A stretch of 64,000 bases of DNA from Clostridia bacterium. GTDB taxonomy: Bacteria > Bacillota > Clostridia > Christensenellales > UBA1242. The notes under the pieces were generated by a model. The model was not told where the DNA came from. It did no database searches and saw only the letters and a list, made by a program, of their open reading frames with translations. Location of the stretch: contig JAFUJK010000050.1 in the NCBI GenBank assembly GCA_017468205.1, forward strand, positions 5,566 through 69,565, written 5' to 3'. A program made the translations under genes and the position numbers. Of the stretch, positions 10,348 through 18,283 are shown one piece after another (positions within the stretch are counted from its first letter, which is position 1; each line of letters opens with the position of its first letter).

Positions 10348-10692
10348 ATGCAAGATTGCATTTTTTGTAAAATTATAAAAGGTGAAATACCTAGTAAATT
10401 GGTTTATGAAGATGAGGATTTTGTGATTTTTAATGATATTAATCCAAAGGCAAAACTACATTATTTGGCTGTTCCTCGCAAACATTTTGCGGTGCTAGCG
10501 GAAATGGAAAAGCAAGACGAGTTCTTGCTCGGCAGAATTTTGTCAAAAATTCCAACTTTGCAACAAAAACTTGGTTTGGAAAATGGATATAGATTAATTG
10601 TCAATCAAAAAGGTGAATGTGGCAACGATGCGTGTCAAGAAGTTATGCATTTGCATATCCATATTTTGGGCGGTGAAAAGTTAAGTATGTAA
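10348..10692 (+). CDS. HIT family (histidine triad) nucleotide hydrolase
   Basis: 114 aa. CIFCKII N-terminus and the histidine triad HLHIHILGG. Confidence 0.9.
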   Translation: MQDCIFCKIIKGEIPSKLVYEDEDFVIFNDINPKAKLHYLAVPRKHFAVLAEMEKQDEFLLGRILSKIPTLQQKLGLENGYRLIVNQKGECGNDACQEVMHLHIHILGGEKLSM

Positions 10693-10695
10693 AAG

Positions 10696-10721
10696 AAAAA
10701 CCCACATTATAGTGGGTTTTT
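10696..10721. terminator. bidirectional intrinsic terminator (HIT gene / SRP RNA)
   Basis: AAAAACCCAC-ATTATA-GTGGGTTTTT, with an A-run on one side and a T-run on the other, between convergent transcription units. Confidence 0.75.
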
Positions 10722-10744
10722 AATATTTAATATCATTATTTGCA

Positions 10745-11024
10745 AATTTACTGTGCAACCTTTTTTGTTGGGCTTGCATTGGGGAACTATCTAATATGAC
10801 GCTCCCGCAAGGCTACCTTATGGCACATATTACACACCACTTAATGCTGCTTGCTTCCGCACCTGACATGGTTCATGGGGCAATATTGCACAAGACCTTG
10901 ACGTTCATCACGGCAAATTAGACGTTCCACCAATCCAAGGACACCCCCTAGAAAGGCATTCGACCCTACTAAAGCGGATTGTAGGGTTAAGGGCACCGCT
11001 AGCTCCCCGTCTAGCACAGTAAGC
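10745..11024 (-). ncRNA. ffs: signal recognition particle RNA, long Bacillus/Clostridium type with Alu domain
   Basis: The reverse complement reads GTGCTAGACGGGGAGCTAGCGGTGCCCTTAACCCTACAATCCGCTTTAGTAGGG...CATGAACCATGTCAGGTGCGGAAGCAAGCAGCATTAAGTGG. This closely parallels B. subtilis scRNA, both the Alu 5' domain and the conserved domain IV. The 5' CTTACTGTGC pairs with the 3' GCACAGTAA. It forms a GC-rich island in AT-rich DNA. Ends are approximate to within about 5 nt. Confidence 0.9.
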
Positions 11025-11026
11025 AC

Positions 11027-11055
11027 ATTATATCATAAGATTTCATAAAAATCAA
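11027..11055 (-). promoter_or_regulatory. promoter of the SRP RNA gene
   Basis: On the reverse strand: TTGATT, 17 nt, TATAAT (preceded by TGA), ending about 6 nt before the predicted RNA 5' end. Confidence 0.65.
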
Positions 11056-11227
11056 GCAAAACACGTTATTATTTTGACATAATTACACGAAAAATCGAAT
11101 TTTGACGCTAATTTTTATAATATCAAGATTTACAAGAAGATTTCACTATTTTTTTAAATAAAAATGCGGTAAATTATTGTTATTTTGCACTATTTATGGT
11201 AAAATGTTATTTTAGTGAGGTATAAAT

Positions 11228-11950
11228 ATGGAAACAAATGCAGTTAGATTTATAAACGCATACAATCAAATAGACCAATCATTGCGTGCGATATACAACT
11301 TTAAACGTAATATAACTTTTAGTGATATGATTCGTAGGGCGGTATCTCTTAATAGCGTGGTACGTAAATATGAAGATAAACTTATTGACTATGCAAGATT
11401 GAGAAATGCAATCATTCACAATAGCAATGAAGATAAAATTATTGCGGAACCACACGATGAAGTGGTTGAAATTATGGAGAAAATTGCGGGATTAATTTCA
11501 CAACCGCCTTTGGCTCTTGAAACTGTTGCTACAAAAAACGTTTTGGTGCTTGATGGTAACACTTCAATTAAAAGCGCGCTTGAAACAATTTACAAAACAG
11601 GTTATAAAACTATCCCAGTTTTTGAAAACGAAGTGATTATGGGGGTTATAACCGCTAGCAGGATTGCAAATGTGCTTGGTGCCCAAATTGAGAAGGGAAG
11701 AAATATTGAGGAATTTGCTTCATTTACCGAAGTTGGAAGCGTAATTTCAGAGCAAGATGCGGGGTTGATTTTTACAATTTGCTCGCGAGAACTATCTGTG
11801 CAGGAAGCGCTTGATTTGTTCTTCCATAATCGCAAATTACTCGCGATAATTATTACTAAAAATGGCAACAATCTTGAACGCCCTTTGGGAATTATAACTG
11901 CTGCCGATATAATGGACTTAAATAAAGTCGTTGATGATTATGATGTATAA
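11228..11950 (+). CDS. CBS-pair protein with an N-terminal HEPN-like (Rx4H) domain
   Basis: 240 aa. Residues from about 95 to 240 contain two CBS motifs (VLVLDGNTSIKSALE..IPVF.. and ELSVQEALDLF..LAIIITKNG..GIITAADIM). The N-terminal ~95 aa are helical and carry YARLRNAIIHN, an R-x4-H motif typical of Swt1/Abi-type HEPN domains; that assignment is inference. Confidence 0.6.
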   Translation: METNAVRFINAYNQIDQSLRAIYNFKRNITFSDMIRRAVSLNSVVRKYEDKLIDYARLRNAIIHNSNEDKIIAEPHDEVVEIMEKIAGLISQPPLALETVATKNVLVLDGNTSIKSALETIYKTGYKTIPVFENEVIMGVITASRIANVLGAQIEKGRNIEEFASFTEVGSVISEQDAGLIFTICSRELSVQEALDLFFHNRKLLAIIITKNGNNLERPLGIITAADIMDLNKVVDDYDV

Positions 11951-11960
11951 GAGGATTTTT

Positions 11961-14900
11961 ATGTTTGACAAAGTAGATAGCAAGATGAATTTGCCCGAAT
12001 TGGACAAAAAAATGTTGGATTTTTGGGACAAAAATGATATTTTTAAAAAGAGTGAAGAATTAAGAAAAGATGCAGAGCCTTTTGTTTTCTATGAGGGACC
12101 TCCTGGAATGAATGGTTTGCCTCATATTGGACATGGTAGCACGAGAATTTATAAAGATACCATACTTCGTTACCATTCTATGTTAGGTAAAAGTATCACT
12201 CGTAAGGCTGGTTGGGACTGCCACGGTTTGCCTGTTGAATTAAAAGCTGAAAAGGATTTGGGCATAAAGAATAAGTTTGAGATTGAGAGTTTTGGCGTTC
12301 AGAAATTTGTGGACGAATGTAAGAAAATAATCACTCTTTATGAAAACGAATGGAGAACTTCAACTAGAAAACTTGGTTTTTGGGTTGATTTTGATAAAGC
12401 TTACAATACTAGTGATGATAATTATATCGAATCAGTTTGGTGGTCATTAAAGCAGTTGTTTAACAAGGGGGATATTTATGAGGGGTATCGTGTTGCGCCT
12501 TATTGTCCTCGTTGTGGTACAAGCCTTGCAAGTCATGAGGTTGCGCAAGGATATGAAACTGTTAAAGACCGTACAATCTATGTAAAGTTTGCCGTTAAAA
12601 ACGTTGAAAATACATATTTTATTGCGTGGACAACCACTCCTTGGACTTTGCCTAGCAATGTAGCTTTGGTTGTAAATCCTGAATTTGACTACATCAAAAT
12701 TTCGTTGCCAGAAAGCGAAGAAAAGTATATCCTATCTGCTAATCTTGTAGGAAATTTGTTTGAAGATTACACAATTCTAGAACAATACAAAGGCGCAGAT
12801 TTAGAAAAAATGGAGTATGACCCTTTATTTAAAATTGATGATGCATTGCTTGAAAACAAAAAGGCATATTATGTAACTTGTGCTGATTATGTTACGCTTT
12901 CTGATGGTACTGGAATTGTACACATAGCCCCAGCATTTGGTGAGGACGACTCAAAGGTAGGAAACAATTATGGGCTTCCTTTTGTTAAACTTATTAACGA
13001 AAAAGGTTGCTTTACGGACGATTTGCCAAAATATGCAGGGAAACGTAATATTGTAGCGAATGGCGAAATAATCGAGGACTTAAAGGTTCGTGGCGTTGTA
13101 GTTCGTGAACAAAGTTATGAACACGAATATCCACACTGTTGGCGTTGTCATACACCTCTTATTTACTGTGCGCGTGGCGGTTGGTTTGTTCGTATGAGCA
13201 AATATCGTGATGCAATGGTTAAAAATAATAGTGAAATTGCTTGGCACCCAGAGAATGTTCGTGATGGACGAATGGGTAATTTCTTAAAAAATGCCATAGA
13301 TTGGAACTTGTCGCGTGATAGATATTGGGGTACTCCACTCAATATTTGGAAATGTGATAAATGTGGCAAATTGCATTCGATAGGTAGCAAACAAGAACTT
13401 ATGGACTTGACAGGTGCAACTGAAATTAAGGACTTACACAAGCCATATATTGACCAATTCACTTTTGCGTGTGAATGTGGGGGAACTTATGCTCGTGTAC
13501 CTCAATTAATTGATTGCTGGTACGATAGCGGTGCTATGCCTTTTGCTCAATGGCACTATCCATTTGAGAATAAAGAAATATTTGAAAAACAATTTCCAGC
13601 CGATTTTATCTGTGAAGGGCAAGACCAAACTCGTGGTTGGTTCTACTCTTTGCAAGCGCTTGGCACAACCATTTTTGAGCGTTCGCCATACAAATCAGTT
13701 GTAATGACTAGCCATGTTTTGGATAAAAACGGCAAAAAAATGAGCAAATCACTCGGCAATGTTGTTGATGTTAATGAGTTAATTGATAAATATGGTGCGG
13801 ATTCTGTAAGATTGTATTTCTGTTCAAACTCTGCGCCTTGGTTAAGTATGCGTCTAGACGAAGATGGAATTATGGAAGTTCAAAGAAAAACTATTTCAAC
13901 TCTTTGGAATACTTATGCTTTCTTTGTGCTTTATGCAAACATTGACGATTTTAAGCCAAGTAATGTTTTTGATTGCGAGCTTAGCCTTATGGACAAGTGG
14001 TTGATATCTCAACTTAATGAGTTGGAATTGAAAATTAACAGCTTTATGAAGGACTTAAATTTCACTGATAGTGCGCGTGAGATTGCTGAATTTATTGAGA
14101 ATTTGTCTAACTGGTATGTTCGTCGCTGTCGTGAACGTTTTTGGATTGATGGAGAAAATGCTGATAAGACAGCTGCATTTAATACACTCTATCACGTTTT
14201 AGTAGAACTTACAAAAGTTAGTGCTCCGTTTATGCCATTTATAAGCGACCAAATCTATCAAAGTCTTACACGCGGACAAGAATGGGCTATGGAAAGTGTT
14301 CATTTGTGTGATTATCCAAAAGCAAATGAGAAACTTATTGATGAAAATCTCAACAAACAAATGCAAGAAATTATTGATATTGTTGCTCTTGGTAGAGCTG
14401 GACGTAATGCAAGTAACATTAAGAATCGTCAGCCTCTTGCTAACATGTATATTTATTCTGCAAATGGAATTGAATTGGGTGAGGATTTGATGGGAATAAT
14501 TGCCGATGACCTCAATGTTAAAAATGTGTCATCTATCAAAAATCCGTCTGACTATATTAATTTTGAATTGAAACCTCAATTAAAGACTTTGGGACCAAAA
14601 TATGGTAAAAATTTAGCAAAAATCCGTGAATTCTTCAATTCTTGCGATACTTATGATGTGGTTACAAAACTACAAAATGGAGAAATCGTCATTGTGGACA
14701 AAGAGCAAGATATAGTATTGGGAAGTGAAGATGTTCTAATTTATCCTCATAGCAAACCAGACTTTACGGCTGAAACCAATGCAGGAATTACCGTAATTCT
14801 TGACACTATCCTTACTCCTGAATTGATTGAAGAAGGATATGCGCGCGAATTTATCAGTAAAATTCAGAATATGCGCAAAGAATCAGGTTTTGAAGTTGAA

Positions 14901-15080
14901 GATAGAATAAATGTAATTTATGAAACTAATGATGATTTATATGTTGCGTTAACAAAACACAAGGAATTTATGTGTGGTGTAATTTTGGCGGATAGAGTGG
15001 AGCGCAGTGCCGGATTTGATGGCGTTGAAACAGATATAAACGGAATTAGTTGTAAAATAAAGATTAGTAAGGTGCAGTAA
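11961..15080 (+). CDS. ileS: isoleucine--tRNA ligase (long, type-2-like form)
   Basis: PHIGHG (HIGH), KMSKS, WHYPFEN and DQTRGWFYS motifs. RBS AAGAGGA precedes the ATG at 11961. No T-box leader lies upstream. Confidence 0.95.
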   Translation: MFDKVDSKMNLPELDKKMLDFWDKNDIFKKSEELRKDAEPFVFYEGPPGMNGLPHIGHGSTRIYKDTILRYHSMLGKSITRKAGWDCHGLPVELKAEKDLGIKNKFEIESFGVQKFVDECKKIITLYENEWRTSTRKLGFWVDFDKAYNTSDDNYIESVWWSLKQLFNKGDIYEGYRVAPYCPRCGTSLASHEVAQGYETVKDRTIYVKFAVKNVENTYFIAWTTTPWTLPSNVALVVNPEFDYIKISLPESEEKYILSANLVGNLFEDYTILEQYKGADLEKMEYDPLFKIDDALLENKKAYYVTCADYVTLSDGTGIVHIAPAFGEDDSKVGNNYGLPFVKLINEKGCFTDDLPKYAGKRNIVANGEIIEDLKVRGVVVREQSYEHEYPHCWRCHTPLIYCARGGWFVRMSKYRDAMVKNNSEIAWHPENVRDGRMGNFLKNAIDWNLSRDRYWGTPLNIWKCDKCGKLHSIGSKQELMDLTGATEIKDLHKPYIDQFTFACECGGTYARVPQLIDCWYDSGAMPFAQWHYPFENKEIFEKQFPADFICEGQDQTRGWFYSLQALGTTIFERSPYKSVVMTSHVLDKNGKKMSKSLGNVVDVNELIDKYGADSVRLYFCSNSAPWLSMRLDEDGIMEVQRKTISTLWNTYAFFVLYANIDDFKPSNVFDCELSLMDKWLISQLNELELKINSFMKDLNFTDSAREIAEFIENLSNWYVRRCRERFWIDGENADKTAAFNTLYHVLVELTKVSAPFMPFISDQIYQSLTRGQEWAMESVHLCDYPKANEKLIDENLNKQMQEIIDIVALGRAGRNASNIKNRQPLANMYIYSANGIELGEDLMGIIADDLNVKNVSSIKNPSDYINFELKPQLKTLGPKYGKNLAKIREFFNSCDTYDVVTKLQNGEIVIVDKEQDIVLGSEDVLIYPHSKPDFTAETNAGITVILDTILTPELIEEGYAREFISKIQNMRKESGFEVEDRINVIYETNDDLYVALTKHKEFMCGVILADRVERSAGFDGVETDINGISCKIKISKVQ

Positions 15081-15736
15081 TGAAAAATCTTATATTTAAA
15101 GAAGATGTCGATGTTGTCGTTGCTTATAAACAGCAAAACATTGCTATGAAAGATTTTGTAAACAGTTTGCAAGAATATTTTAATGATAATCAGGAATTAA
15201 AGCCAATTTATGATTTAGATTTGCTTTGTGGTGGTATTGTTGTATGTGCTCGAAATGAGCAAGCGTACAATAATCTCAAAGAAGCATATTGTAAAAATAA
15301 ATTTGAGTTTGATTTCTATGCTGTTACGGTAGGAACTCCAAAATTTGATAGTGGAACGTATTCTGCTCACGTAACTTTTGATAAAAAGTACAATAAACTT
15401 ACCCATATTCCGCAACTTAATGCTGGTGCAGAAGGTTTTGGATTGACTTATGCAACACTTGAACGTGTTCAACAAATTGCGCTTGTAGATATTAAATTAA
15501 ACACATTTATTCCAGAAACCATTCGTTTTGCAATGGCAGATTTGGGTATGCCTATTTTTGGTGATGCGGTTTACGGTGGTGATAGTCTAGCTAAAAATAC
15601 AAACACGGCATTTGTTTTAGGGAAAGTACGAATTGTTGAAGGTGAAGGCGATGAAGGTGGACAAACTTTCGTTGCAATGCCCCCATCAAGCAAGCCTTGG
15701 ACTTATTTTGACTTAACTAAAATTTCTAAATTATAA
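15080..15736 (+). CDS. RluA-family pseudouridine synthase-like protein, divergent motifs
   Basis: 218 aa, aligns by eye to E. coli RluA. YDLDLLCGGIVVCA corresponds to HRLDMATSGVIVVA, and IRFAMADLGMPIFGDAVY to LRVHMLALGHPILGDRFY. The catalytic Asp is retained but the GRxHQ motif is lost. The start overlaps the ileS stop (TAATG). Confidence 0.6.
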   Translation: MKNLIFKEDVDVVVAYKQQNIAMKDFVNSLQEYFNDNQELKPIYDLDLLCGGIVVCARNEQAYNNLKEAYCKNKFEFDFYAVTVGTPKFDSGTYSAHVTFDKKYNKLTHIPQLNAGAEGFGLTYATLERVQQIALVDIKLNTFIPETIRFAMADLGMPIFGDAVYGGDSLAKNTNTAFVLGKVRIVEGEGDEGGQTFVAMPPSSKPWTYFDLTKISKL

Positions 15737-15753
15737 AACAGGAGTATAATTTT

Positions 15754-16674
15754 ATGGCAAATACCTCAGCGGGAGTAATTGTTGCTAGAATTGTTGTTGT
15801 TTTAGTTATTTTAGGTATTATTGGCGCGTGCATTTACTTCTTTTTAATTAAAAATGATAATGTGCGTGGTCAAGTGTACGAGGAATTAACTATTACACTA
15901 AACTCGGAGCAACAAAAGACATTTGACCAAAATATTGGTTCTTCTTTGGAGAGTGGGACATACTATAACGTAGCAAAAAATTTGACAGCGGAGCAATTTT
16001 CTTTGTACAAATCACTTTATCTTGGATATTATATGGACAAGCTTATTTTGGATACTTATGATGACGTACTAGTTTATGTTGGAAATGCTGACAATGGAAA
16101 ACTTCAAGATATAGGCAGAAATGTGGAGAGTTATGAGCAAGCGCTATCAACAGCTGTTGCGAGCCAAGAACGCTTTAACGCTACTTATGAGGCTAACGAT
16201 GGCGCATTAACAACTGCGGTGTCTGCTGATTTTATGATTTTTGTTAATGATTTTAAAGCAATGCAGGAAATTTTTCATAGCATTTCAAATGCAACATTTG
16301 AATATAGTACAACACATTATTACAAAAATATGAACCCAATGCTTAGTCAAAAATATGCGCAAACATACATAGTTAATCAGCAATCTAATCTTTTAAGTAG
16401 CAAGATTTCAAGTTCTGTAAGTGACGCTTTATATGGAGATAGTAGGGCAATGATTGTTGCTTATAAAGATTTCAAAGAAAATGATTTTACTGACCAATCA
16501 AACGATGCCGATGTTTCTGCTTTTGTTATATTAGTATCTAATATGCAGAATGATTTTAGTGCATTTTATAGTGCCGAAAGCAAATCGGCTTACTACGCAA
16601 CAGCAAGTGATGCACTTAAACAGCAATTAAATGTTCTTGCACGTGGTGTGGGTCTTGAAGGGAGGTTAGTATAA
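15754..16674 (+). CDS. membrane-anchored extracytoplasmic protein, unknown function
   Basis: 306 aa. RBS AGGAG. A single N-terminal TM (VIVARIVVVLVILGIIGACIYFFLI) is followed by a helical, Tyr/Asn/Ser-rich ectodomain. Confidence 0.6.
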   Translation: MANTSAGVIVARIVVVLVILGIIGACIYFFLIKNDNVRGQVYEELTITLNSEQQKTFDQNIGSSLESGTYYNVAKNLTAEQFSLYKSLYLGYYMDKLILDTYDDVLVYVGNADNGKLQDIGRNVESYEQALSTAVASQERFNATYEANDGALTTAVSADFMIFVNDFKAMQEIFHSISNATFEYSTTHYYKNMNPMLSQKYAQTYIVNQQSNLLSSKISSSVSDALYGDSRAMIVAYKDFKENDFTDQSNDADVSAFVILVSNMQNDFSAFYSAESKSAYYATASDALKQQLNVLARGVGLEGRLV

Positions 16675-17753
16675 TGAAGAAATTTGTTTTATCAAGCCTT
16701 ATGATTGTTGCTGTGATGTTTTGTTCAATATCAATTTTTAGTGGTTGTAACAATACACAATATACTTATGCGGAATTTCAGTTAGCATATCAAGACTACA
16801 TATCGGACTATACCAATGAAGTTTTTGATGTAAATGGTGAAGTTGCAATAAATTATAAAAATGCAGATATGGTTGCAGTTATCAATAAAACTGATATTGA
16901 TAGTAAAATGACAAAGTTTACAAGACTTTCTGCCGACCCTAGGAGCAATCAAGCAATGTTTGAACCTACATTCAAGGCAAGTATGAAGTTTATAAATAAC
17001 TACATAAAGATTACTATTGGAGTGGATATTCCTACAAACGAGAGTACAAAACTGTACAATAGTTTGGAACAATTACGCCAAAAAACTGATACTTTTGTAA
17101 TTGAAAAAAGAAAGTTTGATACTCGTACAAACTTCGATGTGGACGGCGGTACTGAAAAGAGTTGGATTAATTCTTTATTGAATAAGTTTGTTGATTTAGT
17201 ATGTCAAGCAAATGAGTTTAGCAAGCAATATATTGAGATTTATAATAGATATAACACTTCTGCTACCGCTGATAGAACTGGTGGAAGACCTGCTCTTGGT
17301 AGTATTGAAAAATATTACCTTGAAACACTAACAACACTTGCTGATGTTTATATTAATGTTTATTTGATTAATATTTACGACGAATTTAGTCGTACAACAA
17401 GTGGTTTAGAAGATGAAGCAATTTCTGCACAAAATAGAAGCGAAGGTGTTAATAATGCTTTGATTTCTTATGAGAATATTGAGGCAAAAATTAAATCTTT
17501 TGAATCAAAAGAAGGCGAAATTACTGACGAAAAGGAAGCTAAAGCAATTTCCGCTTACAAATCAGCATTAAGTTATAATCCAATTTTTGAAAATGGATAT
17601 GAAATGACACTTGAAACTTATAAAAAAGTAAACTCTGAAAGTATTATTGGGCAAGGATTTATGGATAACGTAAATGACTTTTTTGCTTGTGAATATGCAA
17701 ATTTAGTCCTTATGTTGCAAGATTTATCACAAAAAATTGTACTTGCTGTATAG
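16674..17753 (+). CDS. lipoprotein, unknown function
   Basis: 359 aa. Signal peptide with lipobox (MFCSISIFSG-C). Translationally coupled to the upstream gene (TAATG overlap). Confidence 0.6.
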   Translation: MKKFVLSSLMIVAVMFCSISIFSGCNNTQYTYAEFQLAYQDYISDYTNEVFDVNGEVAINYKNADMVAVINKTDIDSKMTKFTRLSADPRSNQAMFEPTFKASMKFINNYIKITIGVDIPTNESTKLYNSLEQLRQKTDTFVIEKRKFDTRTNFDVDGGTEKSWINSLLNKFVDLVCQANEFSKQYIEIYNRYNTSATADRTGGRPALGSIEKYYLETLTTLADVYINVYLINIYDEFSRTTSGLEDEAISAQNRSEGVNNALISYENIEAKIKSFESKEGEITDEKEAKAISAYKSALSYNPIFENGYEMTLETYKKVNSESIIGQGFMDNVNDFFACEYANLVLMLQDLSQKIVLAV

Positions 17754-17779
17754 AAAAAGCCTTTTATATAAGGCTTTTT
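17754..17779 (+). terminator. intrinsic terminator after the lipoprotein gene
   Basis: AAAAAGCCTT-TTATAT-AAGGCTTTTT. Confidence 0.8.
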
Positions 17780-17822
17780 GTGCTTAAATTGAATATTTGG
17801 TACAATTTTTTTAAAAAAGGTA

Positions 17823-17851
17823 TTGCAATTTAATTTTAATTGTGGTATACT
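17823..17851 (+). promoter_or_regulatory. promoter of rnpB
   Basis: TTGCAA, 17 nt, TATACT with an upstream TG; it ends about 6 nt before the RNA 5' end. Confidence 0.65.
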
Positions 17852-17857
17852 ACCAAT

Positions 17858-18250
17858 GTAGCTAGTTAGACGGTCGAATTTGTTTTTGCAAATTAGGAAA
17901 GTCCGAGCACAGCAGGGCAGGGTGCAAGATAACGTCTTGTGGAGGCGACTCCAAGGATAGTGCAACAGAAATATACCGCCACTATTTGTCTATTTTTGTG
18001 TTTTTTGATATTTATATCATACCTCCTATTTTTTCACAAAAAGTTTAAGTGGTAAGGTTGGAAAGGTGGCTCAAGAGACCACCGGCGCGGTAGAGATATC
18101 GCGTGCTATGTAAACCCCACCTTGTGCAAGATAAGGGAGTTTAACGAGTTGCCCGCTCACTCCCGATATACATCGCTTGAGCGTTTTAGCGATAGAACGC
18201 CTAGATAGATGACCGTCCTTTGACAGAACTCGGCTTATAGGCTAGTCTAC
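17858..18250 (+). ncRNA. rnpB: RNase P RNA, bacterial type A
   Basis: GGAAAGTCCGAGCACAGCAGGGCAGGGTGCAAGATAACG..AGTGCAACAGAAATATACCGCC..GGTAAGGTTGGAAAGGTGG..GTAAACCCCACC..CTAGATAGATGACCGTCC..ACAGAACTCGGCTTATAGG follows the E. coli-type (A) consensus, not the Bacillus type B. P1/P2 pairing holds (GACGGTC/GACCGTC). The P12 arm is long and AT-rich. Confidence 0.92.
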
Positions 18251-18280
18251 AAGAACACACTTCGGTGTGTTCTTTTTCTT
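18251..18280 (+). terminator. intrinsic terminator after rnpB
   Basis: AAGAACACAC-TTCG-GTGTGTTCTT followed by a T-run. Confidence 0.85.
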
Positions 18281-18283
18281 TTT

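Noticed and set aside
10841-11026. 61-aa ORF on the - strand in a GC-rich island
   Set aside because: It coincides with the SRP RNA gene. The open frame is a consequence of the GC-rich structured RNA.
17618-17965. 115-aa ORF on the - strand
   Set aside because: It is antisense to the 3' end of the lipoprotein gene, its terminator and the 5' part of RNase P RNA. It has no RBS.
17975-18050. AT-rich ~75-nt stretch inside rnpB that looked like an insertion or intron
   Set aside because: It sits between ACCGCC and GGTAAGG, which is the position of the variable P12 helix. Its ends pair (TTTTGTG/CACAAAA), and the total RNA length is normal for type A.
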